Below are positions 29,929 to 41,088 of a stretch of DNA of 64,000 nt, in pieces (position 1 is the first letter of the stretch; every line of letters begins with the position of its first letter). Origin of the DNA: an uncultured Spirochaetota bacterium (GTDB lineage Bacteria; Spirochaetota; UBA4802; UBA5550); assembly GCA_963827275.1 (NCBI GenBank), contig CAWHAA010000004.1, positions 640,001-704,000 of the forward strand, given 5' to 3'. Position numbers and translations under genes: made by a program. The notes beneath the pieces were generated by a model. That model had not been told where the DNA came from. It saw nothing but the letters and a program-made list of their open reading frames with translations, and ran no database searches.

Positions 29929-31059
29929 TTGGAAAGCATCGGTGAAAAATTACGTCAGGCGCGTGAGGCCAGAAAAATAACCATCCGGGACGTGGTAAAA
30001 GAGACCAATATAAGCCCGTTGTACCTCCAGGCACTGGAGGAGGAAAAATTTGACAAGTTCCCGAGTGAAACCTACCTCATCGGGTTTCTCCGCTCGTATG
30101 CCGAATTTTTAAGGCTCGATGTTGATGCAATCGTTCAATCTTACAAAGGATACAAGATAGGGGAGAGCGCGACCCCGCTCGAGGAGCTTACCAAGCCGAC
30201 CAGGTCTAATTTCAGCATGCTGGCGTCCTCATTCATGAACAAGAACCGGAGCGCCCTCATGATTGCCGGCATCGTTCTCGTGTCGATCCTGGTCATCTGG
30301 GGCATCAAGTCCCTGGTTTCGTCGGATATCGACGTGTCCGAGGGTGATTCCACGGATACTATTAAAGAAGAATATGTGAAAAACAAGGAACATGAGATAG
30401 AAAACCTCCGCAACCTGCAGCTTGCCAACAACAAGGGCTTCATCCTGGTTTACAAGAATGAAGCGGTCCAGTTCCTGGTCGAGAACAAGGAGGTGGTCTT
30501 TCTGCTGAAAGGGATTGAAGGAGAGACCGTCGCGCTTGAATTGCTCCCGGGCAAGAAGATCGTGAAGCTCAAGATGGAAGATCCCCGGACGCTTGCCATC
30601 GAGGGATGCCCTCGTGACGTGACCTTCACCCTCAAGGGGCTGACTGAAAACCGGGCCAAGATCATGGTATCATTGGGCGAGAAAAAGGAAGATGAAGCTG
30701 AAAAACTGGCGCAAGAAGATATGAGAACCGCGACGGCGGACAGCACCAGCGTGGAGGCCCAGAACCGTCAGAGCCTGAAAATTGTATTTGAAGCTGAATT
30801 TGTCCAGAAATCATTTATCGAGCTGTACCTTGACGGCGTCCGCAAGGTGCGCGGTTTCATTCCCCAGGGCCAGGTTGAGCGCTGGGAGGCGACCGAGTAT
30901 ATCCAGATCAAGATCGGTAACGCCGGGGGCATAAAAACCCGGATTAATGGGAAAGAGTTTACCTTCGGGGCCGCCGGGCAGGTCGCCAACAAGGTCATCA
31001 CCTGGAAGAAAGACGTAAAGAACCCGAACCTGTATCACATAGTGGTCAAGGACTGGTGA
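29929..31059 (+). CDS. rodZ: RodZ-family helix-turn-helix membrane protein
   Basis: IGEKLRQARE...YLQALEEE...GFLRSYAEFL; TM segment; C-terminal IGNAGG. Confidence 0.85.
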   Translation: MESIGEKLRQAREARKITIRDVVKETNISPLYLQALEEEKFDKFPSETYLIGFLRSYAEFLRLDVDAIVQSYKGYKIGESATPLEELTKPTRSNFSMLASSFMNKNRSALMIAGIVLVSILVIWGIKSLVSSDIDVSEGDSTDTIKEEYVKNKEHEIENLRNLQLANNKGFILVYKNEAVQFLVENKEVVFLLKGIEGETVALELLPGKKIVKLKMEDPRTLAIEGCPRDVTFTLKGLTENRAKIMVSLGEKKEDEAEKLAQEDMRTATADSTSVEAQNRQSLKIVFEAEFVQKSFIELYLDGVRKVRGFIPQGQVERWEATEYIQIKIGNAGGIKTRINGKEFTFGAAGQVANKVITWKKDVKNPNLYHIVVKDW

Positions 31060-31063
31060 CACT

Positions 31064-31089
31064 GGGGCGGGGTCACGTGACCCGGCCCC
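31064..31089. repeat. solo REP-like palindrome
   Basis: GGGGCGGGGTCAC|GTGACCCGGCCCC: same core and arm variants as the REPs at 401 and 5429, without GTAG. Two CCCCC/GGGGG hairpins follow at 31117-31163. Confidence 0.7.
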
Positions 31090-31182
31090 CGATTCGTGAT
31101 ATATTGTAATGCCCCCCGCCCCCCGAAGGGGGCGCACACTCCCCCCCGGCCCCCGGAGGGGGCGGTTTAAGGAAAAACCCCC

Positions 31183-32535
31183 GTGTTTCAATCACAAGAC
31201 ATATCCTTCTATATCATATCCCTCGGCTGTTCAAAAAACCAGGTTGATTCAGAGCGCATTAATGGCGCGCTCATCTCCTCCGGATACTGTGCGGCCGGGT
31301 CGTCCGAACAGGCGGACATCATCATCATAAACACCTGCGGGTTCATCACCGAGGCAAAGGAAGAGTCGATCGCGATGATTTTTGATGCAGTTGAACAGCA
31401 GAAATCGTCACGGGGAAAAAACATGAAGCCGTTCCGGCAGGAAGCCAGGGTCCTGGCCCGCGATTTCGGCCGCAGGGTGGTTGTCGCCGGGTGCCTCTCC
31501 CAGCGCTACCCGGATGCGCTGGAGTCGGAGATCCCTGAAATCGATTTTCTCCTCGGCGTTCCCGACGACAGGTTCGTGGAGCGGCTGAGTGAAAAGTTCC
31601 ATGTTTCAGCGGTGCGCCCGGCGCTTCAACGGGCGCCGCTCCTGCCGGGGCTCTCCTATGCCTATATCAAGATAGCGGATGGCTGCTCGCACAACTGCTC
31701 CTACTGCGCGATCCCGCTTATTCGCGGTCCCCACGAGTCGTTCCCGCCGGAAATGATACTCGCGGACGTCCGCGCCGAGGCGGAGCGCGGCGCCAGGGAG
31801 CTCGTGATCGTGGCGCAGGACATTGCCGCCTACCGGTGGGGGGATACGGGACTGCCGGAGCTCGCGGGCGCGATATGCCGCGTCCCCGGCGTCGAGTGGG
31901 TCCGCCTCATGTACTGCCATCCCGATCATCTTGACGATGGCATCATTTCCATCCTGGAGCGGGAGGAGAAGGTCGTGCCCTATATCGACATACCCTTCCA
32001 GCATGTGAGCAGGCGGATCCTCCGCTCCATGGGCCGGAAGGGCGACGCGGCGGCCTGCCGCGCGCTCGTTGAACGGCTGAGGGAGCGGGTGCCGCGCATC
32101 CGCATCCGCTCCACCTTCATGACGGGGTACCCCGGCGAGACCGGGGGCGAGTTCGAAGAGCTGCTTTCGTTCCTGGAGTGGGCGCGGCTCGACCGCGTGG
32201 GCGCCTTTATCTATTCCCCGGAAGAGGGCACGCGCGCGGCGGGGCTCGGCAACCCTGTGCCGGACCGGGTGAAGCAGGAGCGCCATGACCGCCTCATGGC
32301 CCTCCAGCGGGACATATCGTCCCGGAAGCTGTCGGAGATGATCGGGCAGGAGGTGCGCGTGCTCGTCGAGGAGCAAATCGACGAGACGACCTGGGCGGGG
32401 AGGACCGAGTATGACGCGCCGGAAGTTGACGGCATTTTTTACTTGACCGCAAGGGACGTTCGGATACATTCAATAATCAGCGCGCGCGTCACCGGTTCCA
32501 CCGAGTACGATTGTATCGGCGAGCGCGCAGAGTGA
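31183..32535 (+). CDS. rimO: ribosomal protein S12 methylthiotransferase
   Basis: SLGCSKNQVDSE, NTCGFI, radical SAM CSHNCSYC, C-terminal TRAM DAPEVDG. Confidence 0.93.
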   Translation: MFQSQDISFYIISLGCSKNQVDSERINGALISSGYCAAGSSEQADIIIINTCGFITEAKEESIAMIFDAVEQQKSSRGKNMKPFRQEARVLARDFGRRVVVAGCLSQRYPDALESEIPEIDFLLGVPDDRFVERLSEKFHVSAVRPALQRAPLLPGLSYAYIKIADGCSHNCSYCAIPLIRGPHESFPPEMILADVRAEAERGARELVIVAQDIAAYRWGDTGLPELAGAICRVPGVEWVRLMYCHPDHLDDGIISILEREEKVVPYIDIPFQHVSRRILRSMGRKGDAAACRALVERLRERVPRIRIRSTFMTGYPGETGGEFEELLSFLEWARLDRVGAFIYSPEEGTRAAGLGNPVPDRVKQERHDRLMALQRDISSRKLSEMIGQEVRVLVEEQIDETTWAGRTEYDAPEVDGIFYLTARDVRIHSIISARVTGSTEYDCIGERAE

Positions 32536-32566
32536 GCGCGTACTGACTTTACTACCGGAGCGGACT

Positions 32567-33172
32567 TTGGGCATACCAAAATTCATATTTAACGTACCGA
32601 ACCTCCTTTCGCTGTCGCGGATCGTGCTCATCCCGCTCCTTATCTATCTTCTCTATCAGAAGGAATGGCTGCTGGCGCTTATCCTCTTCGCGGTGGCGTC
32701 GCTCACCGACATGCTTGACGGCTGGAGCGCGCGGAGGCTCAAACAGGAATCGGAATTCGGGATCTTCATCGATCCGCTCGCGGACAAGTTCCTGGTCATA
32801 TCGGTGCTGGCGGCGCTCATGGTCCTTGATCCCTACCTGGAAATATTCGATTTCTGGATGATACTGGTGATCGTGGGGCGCGACGTGCTGATCACCTTCA
32901 TGCGTTACCTTGCCATCCGGCGGGGGGAGACCCTTCGCACCAGCCGGTTCGGCAAAGTCAAAACCGCCTTCCAGATGATCTCCATCGTCATTATCATCAT
33001 GATCTATTTTGCGAAGAAAACAGGCATCTTTATCACCCATCAATCCGTCCCCTACTGGATCCTGGTGGGCGTCACGATACTGACGGCGCTCTCGGGCCTG
33101 CGGTACCTGTTCACCAACTGGCGCCTCCTGCTGCCGGAAAAACCGAAAAGGGACAATAACCAACCGGCATGA
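32567..33172 (+). CDS. pgsA: CDP-diacylglycerol--glycerol-3-phosphate phosphatidyltransferase
   Basis: PNLLSLSRI; DxxDGxxAR...G..xDPLADK. Confidence 0.9.
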   Translation: MGIPKFIFNVPNLLSLSRIVLIPLLIYLLYQKEWLLALILFAVASLTDMLDGWSARRLKQESEFGIFIDPLADKFLVISVLAALMVLDPYLEIFDFWMILVIVGRDVLITFMRYLAIRRGETLRTSRFGKVKTAFQMISIVIIIMIYFAKKTGIFITHQSVPYWILVGVTILTALSGLRYLFTNWRLLLPEKPKRDNNQPA

Positions 33173-33648
33173 AACTAAAGGAATTCCTGTTTACCGCCTT
33201 TTATGCCGGGTACAGCCCGGTCGCACCCGGGACGGCAGGGTCGCTGGTGGGTATGGCGATCTATTTTGCCGAATACCTGGTATTCGGCGAGATCAGCTGG
33301 GTTGCAAACTGTGCCGCGGTCGCCATCCTTATCTATCCCTGTATCCTTCTTGCCGGCGCGGGCGAGCGGTTCTTCGGCAAAAAAGACCCTCCCCAGGTGG
33401 TCATAGACGAAGTGGTCGGGTACTGGATCAGCGTCCTGTTCTATCCGTTTAACTTAAAGATTGCACTCTCGGCGTTTGTTATCTTTAGAATACTGGATGT
33501 TGTAAAGCCGTGGCCTGCCGGCAGGCTCCAGAGACTCAACGGCGGCCTCGGAATTATGATTGACGATTGCGCCGTGGCGGTGTATACGAATCTGATACTG
33601 CTGGTCTCGGTCCTTGTGCTCAAGTACTTCAATATCAACGTATATTGA
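33169..33648 (+). CDS. pgpA: phosphatidylglycerophosphatase A
   Basis: APGTAGS, DP..VVIDEVVG, FRILDVVKPWP, GGLGIMIDD. Confidence 0.93.
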   Translation: MKLKEFLFTAFYAGYSPVAPGTAGSLVGMAIYFAEYLVFGEISWVANCAAVAILIYPCILLAGAGERFFGKKDPPQVVIDEVVGYWISVLFYPFNLKIALSAFVIFRILDVVKPWPAGRLQRLNGGLGIMIDDCAVAVYTNLILLVSVLVLKYFNINVY

Positions 33649-33683
33649 CACGGGAGGGAGGCCCTGAGGAGCCGCTGAACGAC

Positions 33684-34535
33684 ATGACAACTATACTCCG
33701 GATACAACTCGCAGCCTTCATGGTTTTCCTGTTCTGCGGCATTTCATCCACGGCCGAAAACAAGGCGGCGCAGAAACAGCAGGATGAAAAGGATTACTGC
33801 GTCTCCTGCCACGAGGCGCAGGAGACCCCTTCCCTGAAAGACCCCGTAACCCAGTGGAAATCCGGTGTCCATGCCGGCGAGGGCATGAAATGCTCCCTCT
33901 GCCATGGCGGAGACCCGGGTGTGAACGACAAGCTAAAAGCCAAAAGCAAGCTGACGAATTACACCGGCAAGCCTGACAAAAAGAAGATACCCGGGTTCTG
34001 CGGGCGGGAGGGCTGCCATGCCGCGGCACTGGACCAGTTCAGGCGCGGTCCGCACTATGGTTCCGTGCAGGAGACCGGCGACCCCGGGTGCGTGTTCTGC
34101 CATGGCGCGCATGATATCCGGCGCACCTCGGTCGATGTCATTACCGCGCAATCATGCGCATCGTGCCACCCGGCAGATTATTCGAAAGAGATCGTAACAA
34201 TGATCGGCGATATCGACCGGTCGATCGCCGGTATCGACGCCGGTATAAAAGGATTGACGGATAAAGAGGCGGATGTCACCGGGATGAAGGACCGCCTCAA
34301 CAATGCACGCCGCCTGTTCCACCAGATGGTACATGTCTTTTCCCGGGATGATATGCAGTCCAGCAGGAAAATCATAGAGGTCGAGATTAAAAGCCTCGAA
34401 TCGGAAGCGAGGTCCAAGACCGCCTCGATCCAGCGGCTGGACATACTCTATGTCACCATGGCGGTGTTCGGCCTGGCCATTATCTTCGGTATGATCCTGT
34501 ATGTCATGATAATGTACAGCAGAAGAAAAAAGTGA
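33684..34535 (+). CDS. membrane-anchored multiheme cytochrome c
   Basis: Signal peptide; four CxxCH motifs plus one Cx4CH; coiled coil and C-terminal TM. Confidence 0.85.
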   Translation: MTTILRIQLAAFMVFLFCGISSTAENKAAQKQQDEKDYCVSCHEAQETPSLKDPVTQWKSGVHAGEGMKCSLCHGGDPGVNDKLKAKSKLTNYTGKPDKKKIPGFCGREGCHAAALDQFRRGPHYGSVQETGDPGCVFCHGAHDIRRTSVDVITAQSCASCHPADYSKEIVTMIGDIDRSIAGIDAGIKGLTDKEADVTGMKDRLNNARRLFHQMVHVFSRDDMQSSRKIIEVEIKSLESEARSKTASIQRLDILYVTMAVFGLAIIFGMILYVMIMYSRRKK

Positions 34536-34542
34536 CCCGCGG

Positions 34543-35028
34543 ATGAGAAGCCATCTCTTCAATACCGAAAAGCTGAAATATGTCCGGGGCAGCAAGCCGG
34601 ATGTCGGTTGTATCCTCTGCGCAATACGGGACGGCGACCCCGGCGTGGAAAACCTTGAGGTGGCCCGCCGCGACGGGTTTATCGTGTCGGTCAACCTGTA
34701 CCCCTTCAACCCCGGACACCTGATGATATTTCCTCTCAGGCACGTGACAACCCCCGGCGACCTCACCGACGCAGAGGCCCTGTCGATGCACCGCCTCCTC
34801 GCGGAAACCCTGCGGATCCTCGGGGAGGAGTTCAGCCCGGCCGGCTTCAATGTGGGGTACAACCTCGGAAGCCACAGCGGCGCCAGCATCCCCCACCTCC
34901 ACCAGCACGTGGTCCCCCGCTACGGCAACGAGGTCGGCTTTCTCGACGTCCTGTCCGGCACGAGGCTCGTGGTGGTCGACCCCGCCGATGCGCGGGAACG
35001 CCTCCGGAAGAGATTCTCGAACGGGTAA
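34543..35028 (+). CDS. HIT family hydrolase
   Basis: NLYPFNPGHL; GFNVGYN; HLHQH histidine triad. Confidence 0.92.
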   Translation: MRSHLFNTEKLKYVRGSKPDVGCILCAIRDGDPGVENLEVARRDGFIVSVNLYPFNPGHLMIFPLRHVTTPGDLTDAEALSMHRLLAETLRILGEEFSPAGFNVGYNLGSHSGASIPHLHQHVVPRYGNEVGFLDVLSGTRLVVVDPADARERLRKRFSNG

Positions 35029-35125
35029 TATCACCCCGGGGCGTCCGGTGACGGAAGGTCCCCGGCAGCAATAGCGTCAGGGGCGCCCCCCCGCAGTCAT
35101 CACACCACCAGGCAAGGAGAATGCC

Positions 35126-35425
35126 ATGCAGCAGAAGGATAAGGACGTTAAGATAGAAGTGAAGGTCGAGGAGGGCATCGCCGCGGGTATATTCGCGAAT
35201 TATTCCAACATCAGCCATTCGCCCGAGGAGTTCGTGTTCGACTTCATCTTTGTCCACCCGGCGCCGCCGCCGGGGTTCGGCAAGCTCATGTCGCGGACGC
35301 TGCTCACCCCGGGCCACGCGAAGAGGTTCCTGCTCGCGCTCAGCCAGAATATCCGCGAGTACGAGGAGCGCTTCGGCGAAATCGACATGCACGCCAGGGC
35401 GGACAGCGGCGGGAGCGTGCAGTGA
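35126..35425 (+). CDS. DUF3467-family protein
   Basis: GIFANY..I.HSPEEFVFDF...P.HAKR...L..NI..YE..FGEI. Confidence 0.85.
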   Translation: MQQKDKDVKIEVKVEEGIAAGIFANYSNISHSPEEFVFDFIFVHPAPPPGFGKLMSRTLLTPGHAKRFLLALSQNIREYEERFGEIDMHARADSGGSVQ

Positions 35426-35997
35426 CCGTGCCGCTCCGGCGCCTCAACACGGCGCGGCCGGCGCTGTGCGCCTTCGCGGCGGCCCTCGCCTTCGTGTTCC
35501 CCGCCCCGGCGTGGAGCGCGGACCCGCTCCTTCCGTCAACGGGCGGCGCCGGGCTTTACGCGCGCGAGGCCACCGGCGGAGAAAAAAATTTCTTCGCGCT
35601 CCAGGCGCATTACGTTAAATGGAACGAGGGGCTCTTCGGGAGCCGCAGGTACCACGAGGGCAGGCTCTGGCGCTTCCTCATCTCCCTCCTCGGGAAGGAG
35701 ATCACCACCGGGCATGATTTCATGCTGGCGTCTCCCGAGGGGGTGTATGACAAGCAGGTGATCTGCATCTTCCCGTCATACCGGTGGCTCTATATCCACG
35801 GGGACCTTGACGAGGAGTCGGTGAAAAGCATAACCGGCAACGACTACGCGGCGCTCAAGGGGTGGTGGCGGTCGGGGAGACTGGTGGCGGTGACCGGGAA
35901 GTTGAAAAAATTCAAGCTTGACTGGGACGCGCAGGGCGACACGCTGCACCTGTGGCTTGATAAAGTCACAATGCTCGATGGGGAAGGGAAAAAATAG
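35422..35997 (+). CDS. exported hypothetical protein
   Basis: Signal peptide; GTGA overlap with the previous gene. Confidence 0.65.
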   Translation: MTVPLRRLNTARPALCAFAAALAFVFPAPAWSADPLLPSTGGAGLYAREATGGEKNFFALQAHYVKWNEGLFGSRRYHEGRLWRFLISLLGKEITTGHDFMLASPEGVYDKQVICIFPSYRWLYIHGDLDEESVKSITGNDYAALKGWWRSGRLVAVTGKLKKFKLDWDAQGDTLHLWLDKVTMLDGEGKK

Positions 35998-36175
35998 CCC
36001 TGCCGAAGATATTTTTTCCCGTAGCGGCGGTATATTGATTGACATAATCCGCCTCTTTTGAGGAATATAGTCTTACGGCGGGGTCATTCCCGCCTTTTAA
36101 ATGTCCCCGGGTTCTCGCGGACAACGATGCCGGGAAGCGATCTGGTGCAAGATTAAGGAGCGACAAGAGGTACTG

Positions 36176-36547
36176 ATGATAGTAATAGAAAGCATAAACC
36201 ATATAGGGATCAGCGTATCGAACCTTGAGGAATCGGTTAAATTCTACAAGGAAATATTCGATTTTGACATGATCGACAAGGCCAGCGGTCCCGGCCTGGC
36301 GTTCATGCGCGTCGCCGATATCACCATCGGGCTGTACGAAGTGGCGGGATACAAGAGCACGGACAACTCGAAGTCGCGGATCTCTTTTTATGTTGACGAA
36401 GAGGATTTTGAGGACGCGGTGGAGGAGATCCAGGAGCGCGAGATTGAGATAGTATTCGGCCCTGAAAATATCCGCAAAGGCAAGACGGTCGTCTTTCTCG
36501 ATCCTGATAAAAACCAGATAGAGCTGTCCTATCCGATGGTGGGATAG
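36176..36547 (+). CDS. VOC/glyoxalase family protein
   Basis: INHIGISVSNLEESVKFY; FLDPDKNQIEL. Confidence 0.9.
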   Translation: MIVIESINHIGISVSNLEESVKFYKEIFDFDMIDKASGPGLAFMRVADITIGLYEVAGYKSTDNSKSRISFYVDEEDFEDAVEEIQEREIEIVFGPENIRKGKTVVFLDPDKNQIELSYPMVG

Positions 36548-36570
36548 CATTCCCTCGGGGGAACGCGCCG

Positions 36571-37203
36571 GTGGCTGTAGATCTTGTTTCAATATTCAAA
36601 ACCAACCGGGTCATCCCGGTTGCGCAGTTTGACGACCGGGAGTCCGCCCTGAAGACCGCCGGGCTCCTGGTACGCAATTCAATCGGCATCCTCGAAATAA
36701 CCCTCCGCACCGAAAGCGCCATTGAAAATATCCGTGCCGTGTGCAAGGAATACCCCGCGCTCACCGTGGGGGCGGGCAGCGTGCTGTCCACGGACTCGCT
36801 GGCGAAGGCATGCGATGCCGGCGCCTCGTTCTGCGTCGCGCCCGGCATGGACCCCGGGCTCGTCGATTACGCCGAAGAGAGGGGGGTCCCCTTCATCCCC
36901 GGCGTTTCCACGCCCACGGAGCTCAATACCGCGCTCAAAACATGTGAGCTGATAAAAATATTTCCCGCATCGCTCCTGGGCGGGGTGGAATACATCAAGG
37001 CGGTGTCCGCGCCCTTCCGGAGCAGGATCTTCCACCTTGTGCCCACCGGCGGCGTGACTAAGGACAACTACCTCGATTACCTGAAACAGGAGCGGGTCAT
37101 CGCGGTGGGGATGTCCTATATCGTCGATACCGCGCTGGTCATGAAGGGCGATTACGCCGCCCTCGACGAGCGGATGAAGAACGTCATGTCAGCGCTGGCA
37201 TAG
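36571..37203 (+). CDS. eda: KDPG/KHG aldolase
   Basis: LEITLRT, VGAGSV, PGVSTPTE, KIFPA, PTGGV. Confidence 0.92.
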   Translation: MAVDLVSIFKTNRVIPVAQFDDRESALKTAGLLVRNSIGILEITLRTESAIENIRAVCKEYPALTVGAGSVLSTDSLAKACDAGASFCVAPGMDPGLVDYAEERGVPFIPGVSTPTELNTALKTCELIKIFPASLLGGVEYIKAVSAPFRSRIFHLVPTGGVTKDNYLDYLKQERVIAVGMSYIVDTALVMKGDYAALDERMKNVMSALA

Positions 37204-37214
37204 CGCGCCGCGGG

Positions 37215-38171
37215 ATGCAGCTGGAACCCCTCCTCACCCGTGCACTGTCAAAACGCGGGAAGCTCCTTGCCGACCCGGATCTCGACTGCTGCCGGCTCTT
37301 CAATGGCGATGGTGACGGCGTGCCGGGACTCTGCGTGGACCGGTACAACGAGTATCTCCTGGTGCAGTATTACGAGCCGGGCCTCGCGTCGATGGGCGGC
37401 GGTATCCTCCGCGCCATCGACGGTATCGTCCCGCTGCTCCCCGCGCCGCCGAAGGGCGTTTTATTCAAAGACAGGACCCGGCACGCCGGGGCGCCGGACC
37501 CCGCCGATGCGGCGAAAAGCGTGCTGCTCTCCGGATCGCTCCCTCCCGGGGACTACACCGTGCGACAGAACGGCGTGCGTGCCGCGGTGGACCTGCTGAA
37601 GGGCCAGAACACCGGCATATTCATGGACATGCGCGAAGTACGCGACCGTCTCGCCGGGTACTATTCCCGCAGCGACACCCTGATCAATCTTTTCAGCTAT
37701 ACCGCCCTGTTTTCGGTCCATGCGCTCATGCACGGCATCGCGGGGGCGATAAACGTGGACCTCTCGAGGGGGGTGCTGGAGCGGGCCAGGGCCAACTACC
37801 GCCTGAACGGCCTTCGGATCGACGCGCGCGACTTCATTTACGGCGATTCAATTGAGTGGATCAGGCGTTTCCGCAGACAGGGCAAGGCCTTCTCCTTCGT
37901 GGTGTTCGACCCGCCGACTTTTTCAAGGAACCGCAAGAGGACCTTTTCGACGAAAAAGAACTACCGTGATTCGCTGGCCCTGGTCACCGATATTGCCCGG
38001 GGGGGATACGCCCTCACCTCGGTGAATTCCTATTCCGTGACCCGCGAGGAATACCTCTCGTACCACCCGGACGGGTGGCGATTGGAGTTTTTTGCCAATG
38101 AAGCATCGGACTTCACCCACGCCGGCAACCCCTACCTCAAGGCGGGCCTCTGGAAAATAAAAAACTCTTGA
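37215..38171 (+). CDS. RlmI/RlmK-like SAM-dependent methyltransferase
   Basis: RLFNG.GDG.PGL.VDRY; GQNTGIFMD.R; NLFSYT; DPPTF. Confidence 0.88.
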   Translation: MQLEPLLTRALSKRGKLLADPDLDCCRLFNGDGDGVPGLCVDRYNEYLLVQYYEPGLASMGGGILRAIDGIVPLLPAPPKGVLFKDRTRHAGAPDPADAAKSVLLSGSLPPGDYTVRQNGVRAAVDLLKGQNTGIFMDMREVRDRLAGYYSRSDTLINLFSYTALFSVHALMHGIAGAINVDLSRGVLERARANYRLNGLRIDARDFIYGDSIEWIRRFRRQGKAFSFVVFDPPTFSRNRKRTFSTKKNYRDSLALVTDIARGGYALTSVNSYSVTREEYLSYHPDGWRLEFFANEASDFTHAGNPYLKAGLWKIKNS

Positions 38172-38236
38172 CAGGCGCTGTTTGAAAGTGAACGTTTAAT
38201 GTGATATTTGTTCAGACGCAGTCAGCCTGGTGCACT

Positions 38237-38824
38237 ATGGTATACCTTTCATTAGCCCTTATATTTCTCGGGATCCTCATTTTCCTGTATTCCATCATAC
38301 TGGATTCGAAGAAACGCCGCGGGGACAATGCGCGGAGAGGCCCCGCGGAGATGACGCGGCGCGAGGACGGGGAGCGTCTGCCGCGGAAGGCCGCTGCTGC
38401 CGGCAATACCAGGGCCACGGGCCCTGCCGCTCCCGGTGCGGGAATAAAGCGACATGCGGCCCCCGGGGGCGGGCCCGGCGCGGCGGCCGGTGATCAGGCG
38501 GTCTTATTTGAAGACAGCTCCCGGATTATTGATTACGGCAGTGAAACGGGAAGCATTGACGCCAGCCTGCAGGGATACAAGAAGATCAAGCGTATCGGAA
38601 GCGGGAAGCTCATGGTCGAAAAGGGCGGGATAACGTTCTTTATGGACAAAAAGCTCTACCGGTACGATTTTCACCGGGTCCGCGACCTCAAACCCGGGAG
38701 CAGGCACCTCGCCCTCTTTCTGCACGGGAGCAAGGCGGTCAAGCTGTTTATCGTTGAACCGGAGAGCGGCATTATCAGCGCGGTAAATGACGCCTACCAT
38801 GAATACCTGCGGAGCTCGGCGTAA
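38237..38824 (+). CDS. membrane-anchored hypothetical protein
   Basis: N-terminal TM, low-complexity linker, globular C-terminus. Confidence 0.65.
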   Translation: MVYLSLALIFLGILIFLYSIILDSKKRRGDNARRGPAEMTRREDGERLPRKAAAAGNTRATGPAAPGAGIKRHAAPGGGPGAAAGDQAVLFEDSSRIIDYGSETGSIDASLQGYKKIKRIGSGKLMVEKGGITFFMDKKLYRYDFHRVRDLKPGSRHLALFLHGSKAVKLFIVEPESGIISAVNDAYHEYLRSSA

Positions 38825-38825
38825 C

Positions 38826-39825
38826 ATGTACGACAGATACAAGAGTAAAAAGAAAAACACCGGCATATACAAATTCCTTGTCGCGGTCATCCTTATCGCG
38901 GCCGCCGTGTACCTCGGGGTGCGCTACCAGCACTACCTGGCGTTCTGGAAATACAACCAGAGCAAACTTGAAAAGAAGATCGAAGCGATGCGGCTTATCA
39001 AGGACGCGGACAGGCGCCGGGAAGCCATCGTTGACCTGTCGGACGCCTATGAGCGGTTGAAACTGGAGCGGATGACAGACCCGGATACCTTTTTCGTCTC
39101 CGGTGAGCTGCATTATATGATGGGCGAATCGTACCTGCCCGGCAGCTTTTCGGAGCTGTATATCAACGACCGCGTGTCAGAGGCGAGCAGGGAGGCGAAG
39201 GCCGAGTTTCTGAAGGCCATCCGGGACATCAAGAAGGCCGCCGCGCTGGATAACGGGGCCATGGACGATCGCCCGCTGCTTCATGCTCGCCAAGGCCGCC
39301 CTGTACGCCGATTATTATACACCTGCCGAGATATTCCTCATGATTGAAAAGACCGGGGAAACAATCAAGCAGAAGGGCGTGGAGAACATACGCTTTTACT
39401 CGATGGTCACTATCGCCAACAGGCGCGAAGATTACGGCCTGAAATACCTGGCGGAACACGGCATGGTGCGCGACAATATCCAGGGGAAGCTCTTTTATGC
39501 CACGGCCGAGCGCCTGGCGAAAAAATACACCGGGGCCATCGTGACCTACAAGGACGTGCTCGCGCGGACGTCCGACGAACGGGTGCGCAAGCTGGTCCAC
39601 ATCAACCTGGGGAAAATTTATTTCAACCAGACCCTCTACCGGGAGTCGCTCGACCAGTTTTCCCTGGCCCTGAAGATCGACGCGAAAGACTCCGTGCCGA
39701 AGATCTGGATCGGAAAGAACTATTCAGCCATGGGCGAGAAGGACAAGGCGAAGGCGATCTGGAGCGAGGTGCTGACTACTGACGGGATGAACACCGAAGC
39801 GAAAGCGCTGATGAAGATGATGTAG
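38826..39825 (+). CDS. membrane-anchored TPR protein (frameshift near 39270)
   Basis: ORFs 38787-39347 and 39283-39825 join into one TPR protein (HINLGKIY, WIGKNY). Confidence 0.75.
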
Positions 39826-40055
39826 CCCGCCCTCCCGGCTGGTGTGGCCGGTTGATGGAATATCTTAGAAAAATATTGATAATCACTTGACAAAAATTGA
39901 GCTTATTGTAGTAAAAAGTCCAGTATTTTCAGTTCTCAATCCCGGCATTATTTGCCAGTTTGGGGTTTTCCATCGACCCCCTCCACCCCCGCGCTGGGGC
40001 TTTTATTTATCAGAATGGAAAAAATTTTTTCGCAATCAGCCAGAGGAGTATATAC

Positions 40056-41081
40056 ATGGTTTTTGACTCGCTGTATGGGATGTTTTCAAACGATATGGGC
40101 ATCGATCTCGGTACCGCCAATACCCTGGTCCATGTGAAGGGGCAGGGGATCGTTCTTTCGGAACCCTCCGTCGTGGCGGTCCAGACAAGCACCGGGAAGG
40201 TCCTTGCCGTTGGCCACGAAGCGAAGCGAATGCTGGGCAGGACCCCGGGCGACATCGTCGCGATCCGGCCCATGAAGGACGGCGTCATCGCCGATTTCGA
40301 GACCGTTGAAAAGATGATCAGGTATTTTATCACCAAGGTGCACAAGCGGAAGACGCTGGTGCGGCCGCGGGTCGTCATCGGCGTCCCGTCGGGGATCACC
40401 GAGGTGGAAAAGCGGGCGGTGCGTGAATCGGCGGAACAGGCCGGCGCGCGCGAGATATTCCTCATCGAAGAGGCCCTGGCCGCGGCCATCGGCGCCAACA
40501 TCCCCATCCATGAGCCGGCCGGGCACATGGTGGTCGATATCGGCGGCGGCACCACGGAGATCGCGGTCATATCCCTCGGCGGGATGGTCATCGCGGATTC
40601 GATCAGGATCGCCGGCGACGAGTTCGACGACGCCATCATCAAGTACATGCGGACCCAGTACAACCTGGTCATCGGCGAGCGGATGGCGGAGGAAGTGAAG
40701 TTCAGGCTCGGGAACGCGTTCCCCGAGAAAAAGGTAGAAACGATGGAGCTGAAGGGGCGGGACGCGATATCCGGCCTTCCCCGCACCCTGGAGATAGATT
40801 CGTCGGAGATCCGCAAGGCCCTGAAGGAGCCGGTCGACCAGGTGCTCGACGGCATCAAGCACGCGCTTGAGAAGACCCCGCCGGAACTCGCGGCGGACAT
40901 CGTCGAGCGGGGGATCGTCATGACGGGCGGCGGCTCCCTCCTCAAGGGGCTCGACAAGTTCATCAGCAAGGAGACCGGCGTGCCGGTGATCCTGGCCGAG
41001 AACCCGCTGACCTGCGTGGTCCTCGGGGCGGGGAAGTTTCTCGAGGAGATCAAGCACCTGTACCGGGCGAACCTGAAGTAA
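40056..41081 (+). CDS. mreB: rod shape-determining protein MreB
   Basis: [49 protein letters not shown]. Confidence 0.97.
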   Translation: MVFDSLYGMFSNDMGIDLGTANTLVHVKGQGIVLSEPSVVAVQTSTGKVLAVGHEAKRMLGRTPGDIVAIRPMKDGVIADFETVEKMIRYFITKVHKRKTLVRPRVVIGVPSGITEVEKRAVRESAEQAGAREIFLIEEALAAAIGANIPIHEPAGHMVVDIGGGTTEIAVISLGGMVIADSIRIAGDEFDDAIIKYMRTQYNLVIGERMAEEVKFRLGNAFPEKKVETMELKGRDAISGLPRTLEIDSSEIRKALKEPVDQVLDGIKHALEKTPPELAADIVERGIVMTGGGSLLKGLDKFISKETGVPVILAENPLTCVVLGAGKFLEEIKHLYRANLK

Positions 41082-41088
41082 CATACGG

